Positions 8,222 to 17,373 are shown, counted from the first letter of the stretch. The stretch: DNA of 35,961 nt from a virus (IMGVR_UViG_3300011339_000677:1-35961), one strand, 5' to 3'. The notes: generated by a model not told the origin, from the letters alone. Numbers and translations are program-made.

Positions 8222-9559
8222 TCAAGCCTTGGGGACCAAGCTCTTGATTCGACCGAGCATCCAGTTGGCCACCAGCTTCTTCGCCTTCGGCTTGTCCTTG
8301 ATCCACTTGGCGAACTTCTCAGCATTGCTATCGTAGAAGCTCTTGAACCAAGCGGGTCCGACGAGTTCCTTCCAGAAGAAGAACGCCTCCCACTGATCAG
8401 GGATACACTCGCGGGCGACAGAACACATCGCTGCACCACCGAGCGCACCGATTGCGCCGGTGACGCCCTTGGCGATGGCCAACGGGGAGTTCGCTTGAGA
8501 GGCTTGGAAAGCGTTCTGAGCATTCTGCAACGCGAAGCTCGAACCCATCTGCATGAGCTGTCCGGGTCCAGCCTGCTGCATACCTTGGAACAACTGAGGA
8601 GCAGCAAACGGCGAAGCGCCCTGCTGTAAGCCGCCAAGCTGAGCAGCCTGTGAGACGATCGGCTGGAGACCGAGAGCAGACTGGATGTTCGCAATGTTCT
8701 GCTGCTGTGCGCCCTGACGCTGCTGCTGAGAAGCCATCTGGCCTGCGAAGCTCTGCTGCATCGCAGTATTCCGTTGGCCGGTGGCCGCGAGGATATTCTG
8801 GAAGGCTTCCTGCGCCTGTCGATTGGCGACATCGCTGGTGGTCTGACCGCTTTGGAGTAGGCCAAGAGCCTGCTGCCGGCGTTGGACATCGGCGCTACCA
8901 ATAGCTTCACTCACGGCACGGGCTTCGCGGAATGCGGAGAGATTACCGAGAGCCCCACCCGTAGCAGTACCACGCGCACGAACGGCCTGTTCAGCGGCTC
9001 GAATCAAAGCGGGATCGAGCGTACCAGCCTGAGCGAGACCGGCACCGATCTGGCGTTCGAGATCGCTGCGGATCCTAGCGGCCTCGCCGGTATCTTGAGG
9101 ACCACCCGGCATGCCAACGCGCTCGTAGGAAGGCGCGGCAATGGTTTCCTCGGCGATGGGGCGACTGCCGATGTCCTTGAGGAACTGGGCGTAGAGGCCG
9201 GGTTGAGTAGCTGTACCGTAACGCTCCGGATCAAGAGCCTGAAGTTCGGCTCGGCGTTGCTGGGCGAACTGGGTGCCGTACTTCTGAGCGGCTTCAAGCT
9301 CGCGTTGAGCTTGTACTGGAGCCAGATCAGCCAACGCTTGACCGATCGCTTTGGTTTGGGCGATGTCGGAAACGTCCTTGAAGTCAACCTCTCTAAACTG
9401 ACCGGTCTCCTTGCCGTCTTTGTAGATAGGAACCCGAACCTTGGCACCTATGCGCGATGCCGCCTCGATCTCACGCTGGAGCGGAAAAGTCTCAATGGAG
9501 GCCATGACGGCCTCGCGGTTCGCTGCCGCTATATCTGGTGCTTTATAGGTGCCGCCCAT
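8222..9559 (-). CDS. Putative ejection/pilot protein with Cys-initiated C-terminal module
   Basis: 445 aa, Gln/Ala/Gly-rich; ends GAIGALGGAAM-CSVAREC...W..F..W....P.WF..FY....EKFAKWI.DKP..K.LV..WM. Confidence 0.6.
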   Translation of the reverse strand: MGGTYKAPDIAAANREAVMASIETFPLQREIEAASRIGAKVRVPIYKDGKETGQFREVDFKDVSDIAQTKAIGQALADLAPVQAQRELEAAQKYGTQFAQQRRAELQALDPERYGTATQPGLYAQFLKDIGSRPIAEETIAAPSYERVGMPGGPQDTGEAARIRSDLERQIGAGLAQAGTLDPALIRAAEQAVRARGTATGGALGNLSAFREARAVSEAIGSADVQRRQQALGLLQSGQTTSDVANRQAQEAFQNILAATGQRNTAMQQSFAGQMASQQQRQGAQQQNIANIQSALGLQPIVSQAAQLGGLQQGASPFAAPQLFQGMQQAGPGQLMQMGSSFALQNAQNAFQASQANSPLAIAKGVTGAIGALGGAAMCSVARECIPDQWEAFFFWKELVGPAWFKSFYDSNAEKFAKWIKDKPKAKKLVANWMLGRIKSLVPKA

Positions 9560-9971
9560 AGGAAATCCTTCGGTTCATCAGTAGTTTGGAGTACCTGTCA
9601 AAATCGTACAAACGGGAAATGCCTTTGCGGAACCCACCCAGCTTGGTGACGTTCTTCGAGCACAGCCCCATCATGGCCAACCAGAGTGTCTGAACCGCAT
9701 GAGGCTCAGCACCAATCGCTATCTCAATCCAAGCGATGTGACCATCTGGGAAGTTGTTGTTCAGATCCTCAGACTCCTCGATCGAATTAAGGAATCTGAC
9801 AGCTCCAACGCCAACGCACTTACCCTCTTCGTTCTTCACAATCCCGATCAGCTTCTTGGCATTGAAGAGTCCTATCCAGTTTAGGAGCTGATCATCGTTC
9901 CATGTGGAACAAGTAGGCCAATGCTGTCGCAGCAGATGGGCCGCTTCGATGATGGTTGGATGTGCGGTCAT
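9543..9971 (-). CDS. Hypothetical protein, possibly GNAT-fold assembly factor
   Basis: 142 aa; ATGA-coupled to the nozzle-like gene, same position as P22 gp14 / T7 gp13; alternating beta/alpha pattern. Function inferred from synteny only. Confidence 0.45.
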   Translation of the reverse strand: MTAHPTIIEAAHLLRQHWPTCSTWNDDQLLNWIGLFNAKKLIGIVKNEEGKCVGVGAVRFLNSIEESEDLNNNFPDGHIAWIEIAIGAEPHAVQTLWLAMMGLCSKNVTKLGGFRKGISRLYDFDRYSKLLMNRRISYGRHL

Positions 9972-11935
9972 TGCTGCGGACGCACAGAATCAACGAACCC
10001 AGATAGGATAGTGGATTGAAGCGACAAGCGACCGCCCGAGTTGGGGTTGGTCTGAACCCTGAACTGGATCGTGTTCCAGCGTCCCTTGCTGATCAGGTTA
10101 TACGCTTTGAGGAACTTCTGCGAGTTGGTGATCGTCAGGCTCGAATCGAGGTCCGTGAACGTCCCCGACATGTCGGTCGCGTAAGCGATCGCCGCGTCCG
10201 TGTCGGATGTGGTGTACGGGTTGTCAAACGCGAACTGGACGCTGTACCCGATCTTGTCGGGGATGGGCTCGTTCAGGTTGTACGCCTTCGTGATCACGCT
10301 CGACTGGTAACGAGATCCACCGTCCAGGTACGCGGAGCTTGCGACCGGTGCGAGACGGGTGTTCGGGAGGAAGTCGTTGAACGACCAGACTTGGCCTGCT
10401 CCCTCTGAGATCGAGGTCATGTCGCCCGCGAACATGAGTACGGGTCCAAACGTGGAGAACGAGGTGGCGAAGAAGTCGTTAACCTGCCAGTTATCCCAGT
10501 AACCGAGCCAAGAGCGGGCCAGTGAGTGGTAGACGATGACCGCGTTGTTACGAGGGAAAGCGGCTTCGAGTTCGAGCGACGACTCGGATTCAAGAAGCAC
10601 AGCGAACTCGCTTTCGAGACCGAGTCCATTCGTTTCATTCAGAACGAACGGAACGGCGAGGAGATAGCGGTTGTTCCAGAACACACCGTCGCAGAGGTCG
10701 AGCTTGGTCTTATCGATCCTGCTGATCAAGTCATTGATCGGGCTGGAGAGCGCGAGGCCGACGCTGGTCTGAGTACCCGCTTGGATCTGCGCCATCGACC
10801 GGATGCCGTCGCGTGACAGGAAGAACACGTCAGCACCAACCGCGGCGATGGAACGGTGCGAGGAGCATCCGATATTGCCGCTGACGAGTGATATGACCCA
10901 ATCGGCAGGATCCTGCGTAGGATCGGCATCTACGCTCCAAATTGAGCGTTCCTTGAAGACGAGCAGTTTGTATCCGAACCACGAGTAGAGACCCTTGATG
11001 GGATCGCCATCGCCACCGACTCGGATGGAACCAAGAGGATCCCATGATTCTCCATCGAGGATGTCCGAGAAGTAGAGGGTATCGGGCTGGATGGCGGTAT
11101 CGCCTGAGATACACCATAGCCTGTTGGTATGGGTGGTGAGATAGAGCGGCTTGTTGGGCGGCGTAAGCGAGACGTAGGCCACCGCATGCGACTGATTGAC
11201 TGGAGAGATTGTAACAGTGGGTGCCGTTACATATCCGCTTCCGGGATTGATAATCTTGATCGCAACGAGATTACCAGCATTTGAAACAACCGCTTCAGCC
11301 GTTGCCGTTACACCACTTGGCGGAGCAGAAAGAGTGATCGTTGGTACAGAGCTATGGCCATCACCCTGATTGATGACATCGATGCGGCTGATCTTTCCGG
11401 CGGCTGAGGACGCATTCAGGTTCGCGCTGGAGACATACCGAAGCCCATCGTAGCCATCGGAATAGAACAGCTTGTCATTGAGCTGAGCGAAGTAAACGAA
11501 GGTGGCAGCGTTGTTTAGCGTCGCGCCGCTGATGGCGTTGTAGGAAACACCGGGGGAACCGAAATACAGGTTCTTGGTGTTCGCGTTACGGTCGCTGACC
11601 GCAATGACCAATCGCTCGGATGCCGCGGTGTCGAAGTAGAATCCGGAATAGACCTCCGCATTTGTCGGAAGATTGCTGCCGTAGTTGGAAGTCGTTGAGT
11701 TCCAAGCGGTGAGGATCTCCTCCCAGTTTCTCGATTCGCTGTTACCGGTCAGCGAGATGGATCCCAGACGAGTGACGAGATTTCCGAAGTCGTCATAGTC
11801 CATGTTGATGGCCGACTCCATGCTCGTAGCAGGGATGGCATCAGGACGAGTAGCGGAGACGACGCCAGTGCTGAATGCGGTGCTTCCATCCAGAAGCATC
11901 TGGTCATCGAGAGCGTCTGAGGATTGGAAAGGCAT
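9968..11935 (-). CDS. Tail nozzle / stabilisation protein (P22 gp10 / tail tubular B-like)
   Basis: 655 aa; beta-propeller-like blades NRLW...LYFSD.LD.ESW, LLVFKERSIW, NIGC.S.RSI..VG.DVFFLS.DGI; NPGSGY.TAPTVTI insert. Confidence 0.75.
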   Translation of the reverse strand: MPFQSSDALDDQMLLDGSTAFSTGVVSATRPDAIPATSMESAINMDYDDFGNLVTRLGSISLTGNSESRNWEEILTAWNSTTSNYGSNLPTNAEVYSGFYFDTAASERLVIAVSDRNANTKNLYFGSPGVSYNAISGATLNNAATFVYFAQLNDKLFYSDGYDGLRYVSSANLNASSAAGKISRIDVINQGDGHSSVPTITLSAPPSGVTATAEAVVSNAGNLVAIKIINPGSGYVTAPTVTISPVNQSHAVAYVSLTPPNKPLYLTTHTNRLWCISGDTAIQPDTLYFSDILDGESWDPLGSIRVGGDGDPIKGLYSWFGYKLLVFKERSIWSVDADPTQDPADWVISLVSGNIGCSSHRSIAAVGADVFFLSRDGIRSMAQIQAGTQTSVGLALSSPINDLISRIDKTKLDLCDGVFWNNRYLLAVPFVLNETNGLGLESEFAVLLESESSLELEAAFPRNNAVIVYHSLARSWLGYWDNWQVNDFFATSFSTFGPVLMFAGDMTSISEGAGQVWSFNDFLPNTRLAPVASSAYLDGGSRYQSSVITKAYNLNEPIPDKIGYSVQFAFDNPYTTSDTDAAIAYATDMSGTFTDLDSSLTITNSQKFLKAYNLISKGRWNTIQFRVQTNPNSGGRLSLQSTILSGFVDSVRPQQ

Positions 11936-11938
11936 GGA

Positions 11939-12700
11939 TTACAGAATGTCCTGGAACGTGTAGTCGTAGAGACTGTCTGGAATGATGCGGCTAATCTGCT
12001 GCTGCTGACCGCGTTCCATGTCCTTCATGATGGAGACCTGAGCGGCTCCCTCTTGGAACTTGGCTTGGGCCTTCCCGTACTGCCGGGAGTATTCGAGGAG
12101 ATCGCCTTCGGTGTAGGCCATCAGAGCATTCTCAACACCGCGCAGCTCGAAGTTGGTGTCGTTGATGATTGTCTGGTTCTCACCGAACTGCCGCATCTGC
12201 GACTGCTTCTTACCAAGGATGAACAGAGTGCCGTCCGTGTTGGGCGTGGGAACAAGCTTGAGGCGCGGTACGCCCGCTTCTCCGTAGGCCACTCCGATGA
12301 GTCGAGTCCAGTTTACGAAGTTGCCGGGGGTGGACTTACGGCTATCGACGTTGTTCCAGGTGTTGGGATCGAGCTGGAAGCACGATACCCATGCCGCGGC
12401 GGGGCCTTCGATGCCATCGGTCTCGCCGTTGATCGTGAAGCGAATGGCGACCGGGAAGTCGAGGAACATGTTGTACCCGGTGCCAGAGGCGTATGTGGAT
12501 GTGACGTAATCCGAGAGTGTCACGATCTCATCGCCATCCAGAACGGGATGGGAGATGACGCCAAGGGTATCGTTCCACAGGCACGAATCCCATATCATCG
12601 AGTAACGGCGGATGCAGAACTTCTTGGCCAACGTGAGCGTGGCCGAGTCTGTAAACGAGAGCTTGTCGCAGGCCGCTTGGGCTACTTCGGAGGGTTTCAT
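11939..12700 (-). CDS. Head-tail adaptor (tail tubular A-like)
   Basis: 253 aa; helical termini around a beta-rich core with L.PTP motif; immediately upstream of the nozzle-like gene. Confidence 0.6.
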   Translation of the reverse strand: MKPSEVAQAACDKLSFTDSATLTLAKKFCIRRYSMIWDSCLWNDTLGVISHPVLDGDEIVTLSDYVTSTYASGTGYNMFLDFPVAIRFTINGETDGIEGPAAAWVSCFQLDPNTWNNVDSRKSTPGNFVNWTRLIGVAYGEAGVPRLKLVPTPNTDGTLFILGKKQSQMRQFGENQTIINDTNFELRGVENALMAYTEGDLLEYSRQYGKAQAKFQEGAAQVSIMKDMERGQQQQISRIIPDSLYDYTFQDIL

Positions 12701-14022
12701 GCGAAGTATTCCTGAAGTGTCATCGACGAGCAGACAGTGAAATTAGTCCCGCCGTTTTTCGCATAGTTCAAATAGAAGCCTGCGACTGAAAGAGGCGAGA
12801 AAATATGGACCCTATATGTGTTTGATCCAACAGCAGGAGAAGTATCAAGGAACTCAATCTTTGTATTGTTAACAGCGTTCACCTCTCCGTCTTCATAGCT
12901 TCCTGATGCTATCCCTTTTTGCCCCGCTCCAATGGAAGTTCCAATCTCAACATTGTTTCTGGTAAGCCTAAATAGAATATACTGAGACGCATTTGTAATA
13001 CATGAGTAATTCAAAACTATGCTTACAAGAACCCTTGATGAAGCAGATCTCGGGGTAATGCTAGTAGTTACAAGTGCGATCTCAGTTCCAGGAGCAGTTA
13101 CAGATCCAGTATAGTCGAACCTATCATTCGCAACCATCTGAGCAGATTGCGGTGCATTCGATGAAGTGATTCCAAGCGCACTGGCGGCGATCGATCGAAG
13201 CTTGCTCGTATCGCTTGCATCAGTGATCAGCACCTTATCGTTGGCAAGGTCAACCGTGACATTGGTCAGGTTGGGAAGCGTGACCTCGTTGGCGTTGATC
13301 GTCAGGAGATCGGTTCCAGCATTTCCGATCGTGGTGTTTCCATTGACCGTGGCATTGCCGGTAACGGTCAGGTTGTTGGAGATCGTCGCAGCACCGGTAA
13401 CATCGAGCGTAGTCCCAACCGTTGCCGCTCCGGTGACACCGACTGAAGCGAGAGTGGTTGCCCCGGTGACTCCCAGCGTAGTTCCAACAGTAGCCGCTCC
13501 TGTCACTCCTAACGAAGCCAACGTAGAGGCTCCAGTGACGCCTAGCGTCGTTCCAACCGTAGCTGCGCCGGTGACACCCAAGCTGGCCAACGTAGAGGCT
13601 CCAGTGACCCCCAGAGTGGTCCCAATGGTAGCTGCTCCACTGGTAGAAAGGCTTGAGAGCGAGGTAGCTCCGATCACCGCGAGGGTGCTAGCGACGTTTG
13701 TGGCACCGGTGAGCGTGGAAGTACCGGTCACCGAGAGGTTGCCAGGGATCGCCAGATTGCCGCTGAGGCTCGTTGCACCGGTTACGGTGAGACTACCGCC
13801 AACGACCGTGTTACCGCTTGCAGCGGCCACTGTGAGCTTGTTAGCCCCAACGCTGAAGTTACCAGTGGTATTGACCTCGGTGGTCGATACAAAAAGTGCG
13901 GAATCCATTCCGCTACCGTCTCCAATGGCTTTGAGGACAGAGGTTAGTGCGGAGTTATCGGAGGTCTTGAGTAGGCCAGTGTAGGTCGATGCGACTGTGC
14001 TGCCTGTAAGTGGTGTTCCCAT
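12697..14022 (-). CDS. Tail fibre/spike-like protein with 23-aa tandem repeats
   Basis: 441 aa; repeated LGVTGASTLASLGVTGAATVGTT; beta-rich C-terminal domain. Confidence 0.7.
   Translation of the reverse strand: MGTPLTGSTVASTYTGLLKTSDNSALTSVLKAIGDGSGMDSALFVSTTEVNTTGNFSVGANKLTVAAASGNTVVGGSLTVTGATSLSGNLAIPGNLSVTGTSTLTGATNVASTLAVIGATSLSSLSTSGAATIGTTLGVTGASTLASLGVTGAATVGTTLGVTGASTLASLGVTGAATVGTTLGVTGATTLASVGVTGAATVGTTLDVTGAATISNNLTVTGNATVNGNTTIGNAGTDLLTINANEVTLPNLTNVTVDLANDKVLITDASDTSKLRSIAASALGITSSNAPQSAQMVANDRFDYTGSVTAPGTEIALVTTSITPRSASSRVLVSIVLNYSCITNASQYILFRLTRNNVEIGTSIGAGQKGIASGSYEDGEVNAVNNTKIEFLDTSPAVGSNTYRVHIFSPLSVAGFYLNYAKNGGTNFTVCSSMTLQEYFA
13390..13690 (-). repeat. Degenerate 69-bp coding tandem repeat (about 4 units)
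   Basis: GCCAACGTAGAGGCTCCAGTGAC recurs 69 bp apart; protein repeat is near-identical while third positions vary. Boundaries approximate. Confidence 0.75.
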
Positions 14023-14023
14023 A

Positions 14024-14248
14024 CTATTCTCTTGGAGGTAGTGCGTACCAACCCTCGCTGATTGTCACGCGGTTTCGGCTCTTGATGACCTTTCCTTCTG
14101 CATCCTTGGCCCACACATGGGCTTTGACGCTTTCAGCCAGTCTGACTGGTTGTCCGGGCGGGACCATTACCACCCTTGTTGGGGTGCAACCCAGCGGAAT
14201 CAGCGCGAGCGAGGAGATCATCGCGCATACGATTGTCTTTCTGTCCAT
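14024..14248 (-). CDS. Putative lipoprotein, Rz1/o-spanin-like
   Basis: 74 aa; signal-like MDRKTIVCAMISSLALIPLG-C lipobox, Pro-rich; overlaps the upstream ORF in another frame. Confidence 0.55.
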   Translation of the reverse strand: MDRKTIVCAMISSLALIPLGCTPTRVVMVPPGQPVRLAESVKAHVWAKDAEGKVIKSRNRVTISEGWYALPPRE

Positions 14249-14333
14249 CTTCAAGGGTTTGGTCTTTCTGATCGATGAGTTTGTCGATTGCTGCCTTTGC
14301 AATTCCGACGGCTATGCTTTGGAGCGGGTCCAT
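14133..14333 (-). CDS. Small protein, possibly Rz/i-spanin-like
   Basis: 66 aa; MDPLQSIAVGIAKAAIDKLI amphipathic N-terminus; 3' part overlapped by the lipoprotein gene. Confidence 0.4.
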   Translation of the reverse strand: MDPLQSIAVGIAKAAIDKLIDQKDQTLEDGQKDNRMRDDLLARADSAGLHPNKGGNGPARTTSQTG

Positions 14334-14366
14334 AAACAAGAACGCCAGCGGAATCACCCGCTGGCG
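14334..14366 (-). terminator. Hairpin, terminator/attenuator-like
   Basis: Minus strand CGCCAGCGG-gtgatt-CCGCTGGCG followed by TTCTTGTTT, abutting the ATG at 14333. Confidence 0.55.
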
Positions 14367-14393
14367 ATGTGAGTGATTATCGCATTCTAGCGA

Positions 14394-14576
14394 TCATTCC
14401 GGTTTCTTCTCGGCGTCTTTGGCCCAGATCAAACCGATGCCAGCAGTCACCGCGGCGATGGTCGTGGTGAGATCCAGATTGGTGGAAGGATCGTTGTCGA
14501 ACAGAGCCTTCAAAGCGCCGCCGACGGCGACGAGGATGGCACCGACACCGGCGAGCGTAGTCTTAGTGTTTTTCAT
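14394..14576 (-). CDS. Holin-like membrane protein (2 TM)
   Basis: 60 aa; MKNTKTTLAGVGAILVAVG...IAAVTAGIGLIWAKD with charged C-terminus. Confidence 0.65.
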   Translation of the reverse strand: MKNTKTTLAGVGAILVAVGGALKALFDNDPSTNLDLTTTIAAVTAGIGLIWAKDAEKKPE

Positions 14577-14742
14577 TGGATGTGAATAGCTTATAGGCTC
14601 CGTAGATTGCACAGACGAGACCGATCACAGCGGTAAGCAAGCGGACCCAATCGGTAAGTACCGGGATGAAGGATGCGGCTGTAGCACCGGCTGCCGCAAC
14701 CAGAGACACCCCTGGGCTGTTTGTACCGCTGTGATGGTCCAT
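14563..14742 (-). CDS. Small membrane protein, holin/antiholin-like (not in ORF track)
   Basis: 59 aa translated by hand: MDHHSGTNSPGVSLVAAAGATAASFIPVLTDWVRLLTAVIGLVCAIYGAYKLFTSNEKH. Confidence 0.6.
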   Translation of the reverse strand: MDHHSGTNSPGVSLVAAAGATAASFIPVLTDWVRLLTAVIGLVCAIYGAYKLFTSNEKH

Positions 14743-14745
14743 GAT

Positions 14746-14895
14746 TTACTCAGCCTTCGGTTGTACGGCTGCGACGATGAGATCAACCAACGGCAGGCCA
14801 ACCTTAGCGTTCGAGATGCCGCCAGCCTTGACCGCGATGTCGATGAGTTGGAGCAGGTTATTGGCCTGCTCCTGAGTGAGTTCCAGCTTGATCAT
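14746..14895 (-). CDS. Small hypothetical protein (not in ORF track)
   Basis: 49 aa: MIKLELTQEQANNLLQLIDIAVKAGGISNAKVGLPLVDLIVAAVQPKAE; ATGA-coupled to the upstream gene. Confidence 0.7.
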   Translation of the reverse strand: MIKLELTQEQANNLLQLIDIAVKAGGISNAKVGLPLVDLIVAAVQPKAE

Positions 14896-15278
14896 ACAGC
14901 GGGAGAATCAGCGATCACCGGCTGATCTGCAACCAAAACCGGCTCAGGAGGCGGCACCGGCGGCACCCACGGCAGCGGAAGCACCACAACCGGCGGGTTG
15001 ATCTGCGCTTCAATCTGCGCGGTGACGTTGGCTTCGATGGCCGCTTGATCGACTCCGTTGGCGTAGCACCAGTTCAGCACCTGAGCTTCGGTAAGCTGAT
15101 CGTAAGGCGTGAATCCAGAGCCGCTCGGCGGAGCGAATGAGCATCTACCGTAGCAGGTTCCGCTGTACGATTCCTGCGAGCCGTTGCAACGCCAGTCGGC
15201 GTTAATCACAACGTCTGTGAGCGAGCCTTCGGTGGGCTTAACGAGAAGGCGTTCGATGATCCAAGAGATGGTGGGCAT
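14892..15278 (-). CDS. Conserved phage tail-fibre-associated protein
   Basis: 128 aa; W.I..L......LTDVV....WR...FTPY.QLTE.QVL.W...P...PLPW pattern often seen downstream of fibre genes. Confidence 0.65.
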   Translation of the reverse strand: MPTISWIIERLLVKPTEGSLTDVVINADWRCNGSQESYSGTCYGRCSFAPPSGSGFTPYDQLTEAQVLNWCYANGVDQAAIEANVTAQIEAQINPPVVVLPLPWVPPVPPPEPVLVADQPVIADSPAV

Positions 15279-15289
15279 GGTATGTTCGA

Positions 15290-16204
15290 TTAGGCAGCAG
15301 CGATGGTGGTGACGGTGCCGGAGCTTCCACGGTACTTCAGCGCACCGGCTTCGACGTAGAGTTGACCCATACCAGCGGGAGAAGTGCTTGGAGCGGTAGC
15401 GTTTGCAAGACCGAGAACTTTAGCGGCAGATGTTCCAAACGCGCTAACTCCGATGCCGACGTTGCCGGTAGAGTCGATTAACATTCGGGTGGTTGGATTT
15501 CCACCGTTTGGAACAGTCCAGAACGCCAAACTACCAGCGTAATTCCCGCTAGTTGCATTCTCCTTTCCACCGAAAACACCCGCAAATGTCGCGTAAGCGT
15601 TTGAATTCCAAAGACCGGAAAAGGTGATTCCCTGTTTCGGAGATGAAGTTGCAGCTGTTACGCTATTTCGAAAAGTAGTGTTATAATACGCATCATTGTC
15701 ATTAAATGCGGATCCGTAAATCGAAAGAGTGTTGTTTGCAAGAGGAACACCCCCCACCCCCAGTCCGGTGGCATTCAACGTCATCCGAGTGCCGCCTGCG
15801 CCGTCGCTCCAAGTGTTTACACCGAGCGGATCAATGCGGTACTGCTCAATGCCACCCTGACCAGCATAGAAAACAATCGGAGCAGTCGTTCCGGTTTCCG
15901 TTGCAGCACCAATCCCAAGACCACCACCGCCGATGCGGTAAGCGAACGGATTACCATTTCCAACACCGGGAAGAGAACCGCCGGTAACAAACCAATTACG
16001 AGCCGTCAGGTCGCCGGTGATGGTGGCGGAGGCGAGGGTGGCGGTGCCGCCGGCTCCCAGGATTTGGTTCACGGTCACCTTCTTCGTGGTGCCGGACGCG
16101 GCCATCGATGTGTCGGTAAGATCGACCATCGGGATGGGGAAGGTTGCTGGGATGATCGGATTAGCTCCAATCGCCGTTAAGGCTGTGATTTTCGTATCTG
16201 GCAT
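15290..16204 (-). CDS. Tail fibre-like protein
   Basis: 304 aa; N-terminal KITALT...TKKVT anchor; [12 protein letters not shown] and [13 protein letters not shown] fibre repeats. Confidence 0.75.
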   Translation of the reverse strand: MPDTKITALTAIGANPIIPATFPIPMVDLTDTSMAASGTTKKVTVNQILGAGGTATLASATITGDLTARNWFVTGGSLPGVGNGNPFAYRIGGGGLGIGAATETGTTAPIVFYAGQGGIEQYRIDPLGVNTWSDGAGGTRMTLNATGLGVGGVPLANNTLSIYGSAFNDNDAYYNTTFRNSVTAATSSPKQGITFSGLWNSNAYATFAGVFGGKENATSGNYAGSLAFWTVPNGGNPTTRMLIDSTGNVGIGVSAFGTSAAKVLGLANATAPSTSPAGMGQLYVEAGALKYRGSSGTVTTIAAA

Positions 16205-16205
16205 A

Positions 16206-16454
16206 TCAGTTAACTGTTAGAATGAATCTTCCGGGGCTCGACACCGACTCGGTCACCGGCGCACTCACGCCGTCTTCCAAGAGGATGATGTCATAGGTTC
16301 CCAAACTCAGAACTATCTTGCTCGTCCCATCCTCCAGAAGGACAAAGAAGTTGTCCTCCTGCAAAAGATCCCGGCGCAAGATCGGCGGATCGATCGGGGT
16401 GATATTCCCACCTGATCCGCTGGACGTTAATCTTGTTCCGAGAGCGAGTGTCAC
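16206..16454 (-). CDS. Small virion-associated hypothetical protein with LLEDG repeats
   Basis: 82 aa; LLQED, LLEDG, LLEDG; 1-nt spacer to the downstream gene. Confidence 0.6.
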   Translation of the reverse strand: MTLALGTRLTSSGSGGNITPIDPPILRRDLLQEDNFFVLLEDGTSKIVLSLGTYDIILLEDGVSAPVTESVSSPGRFILTVN

Positions 16455-16457
16455 GGC

Positions 16458-16724
16458 TTAAGAGTTGATCACTCCATTGAAAGCGACCACCTGACCACTC
16501 GAAATCTGGAAGCTGTCGATCGGCCCAGGAAGCGTGATCCCAGCGGGGATAGTGGCCGACGACCAACTGCCGCTAATGTTCTTGCCGGTGATCGAAGTGA
16601 AGGTAGTCGGAGCAATCGTGGTGACCGCAACGAATGGGCCAGTGGTCAACGTAGTAACAAGGACGAGCTGGAACCCGCCGTTACCCATCGAATACTCGGT
16701 GGCCAGATTTGAATTTGCGCTCAT
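16458..16724 (-). CDS. Small beta-rich hypothetical protein, possible capsid decoration
   Basis: 88 aa; TIPAGITLPG.I.S..ISSG.V.AF; near the capsid gene. Confidence 0.6.
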   Translation of the reverse strand: MSANSNLATEYSMGNGGFQLVLVTTLTTGPFVAVTTIAPTTFTSITGKNISGSWSSATIPAGITLPGPIDSFQISSGQVVAFNGVINS

Positions 16725-16975
16725 ATATCCCAGATCTTGCGAATTTGATTCTTGCTGAAAGTGCTTTCAAAGCGGGAACCCTGCCGGTCTTCCATCCGGC
16801 TGAATCCCTTCTTCACATGGTCCTTGAGTTCGGCTTCACGAGCAAAACCGGTGACCCCGAAGCGGGCCACCGGCTGTCGCGTCCACCGCTTCCCATCAAG
16901 GACAACAGAATCTGTACCCATCGGAGCGATATGCTCGATGGACTTGCCATTGTTCTCGAAGGTATAGATCGGCAT
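16721..16975 (-). CDS. Hypothetical protein with FmdB-like MPIY N-terminus
   Basis: 84 aa from ATG at 16975 (MPIYTFEN...), 1 nt after the upstream stop. Confidence 0.6.
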   Translation of the reverse strand: MPIYTFENNGKSIEHIAPMGTDSVVLDGKRWTRQPVARFGVTGFAREAELKDHVKKGFSRMEDRQGSRFESTFSKNQIRKIWDI

Positions 16976-16976
16976 A

Positions 16977-17372
16977 TCAGGACTCCATCTCGCTGTCGTA
17001 CTCGGAAACCATCTTACGCATACCCTTTTCGTCCATTGGCTTCTTGGCTTCCATCGCATCCTCACCCGTCTTCTCGTACTCAGCGGGCATACCGTTCACA
17101 CTGCGGATCTCAACATAAGCCTCGCCGTTTTCGAGCTTCTTGAGAATACCGCGCACATCATCAAGAAGCACTTCATCACCAACTTCGGGCATGGCTTGTT
17201 GGCCATCCTCCATATCGGTGGAAAGAGCCTCGACCGGAATAGAAATCATGGGCGCATTGTTGTCAGCCTCTTCGCATCCGCAAGCGGAATGAGAAGGGGC
17301 ACCACCGATTGCTCGATGATGCCCCTTTGGGCCGACGGCAATCACCATGATGGTGGCCGTCTTAGGTCGCAT
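16977..17372 (-). CDS. Acidic hypothetical protein
   Basis: 131 aa from ATG 1 nt after the capsid stop. Confidence 0.65.
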   Translation of the reverse strand: MRPKTATIMVIAVGPKGHHRAIGGAPSHSACGCEEADNNAPMISIPVEALSTDMEDGQQAMPEVGDEVLLDDVRGILKKLENGEAYVEIRSVNGMPAEYEKTGEDAMEAKKPMDEKGMRKMVSEYDSEMES

Positions 17373-17373
17373 A

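Noticed and set aside
7957-9649. ORFs 7957-8910 (-) and 8882-9649 (+)
   Set aside because: Alternative-frame or antisense overlaps of better-supported genes that already tile the region.
11924-13984. + strand ORFs 11924-12715 and 13166-13984
   Set aside because: Antisense to the adaptor and fibre genes; the second only mirrors the fibre repeat.
14090-14430. WAKDAE hexapeptide in both the lipoprotein and the holin-like protein
   Set aside because: Different codons and structural contexts; too short to distinguish from chance.
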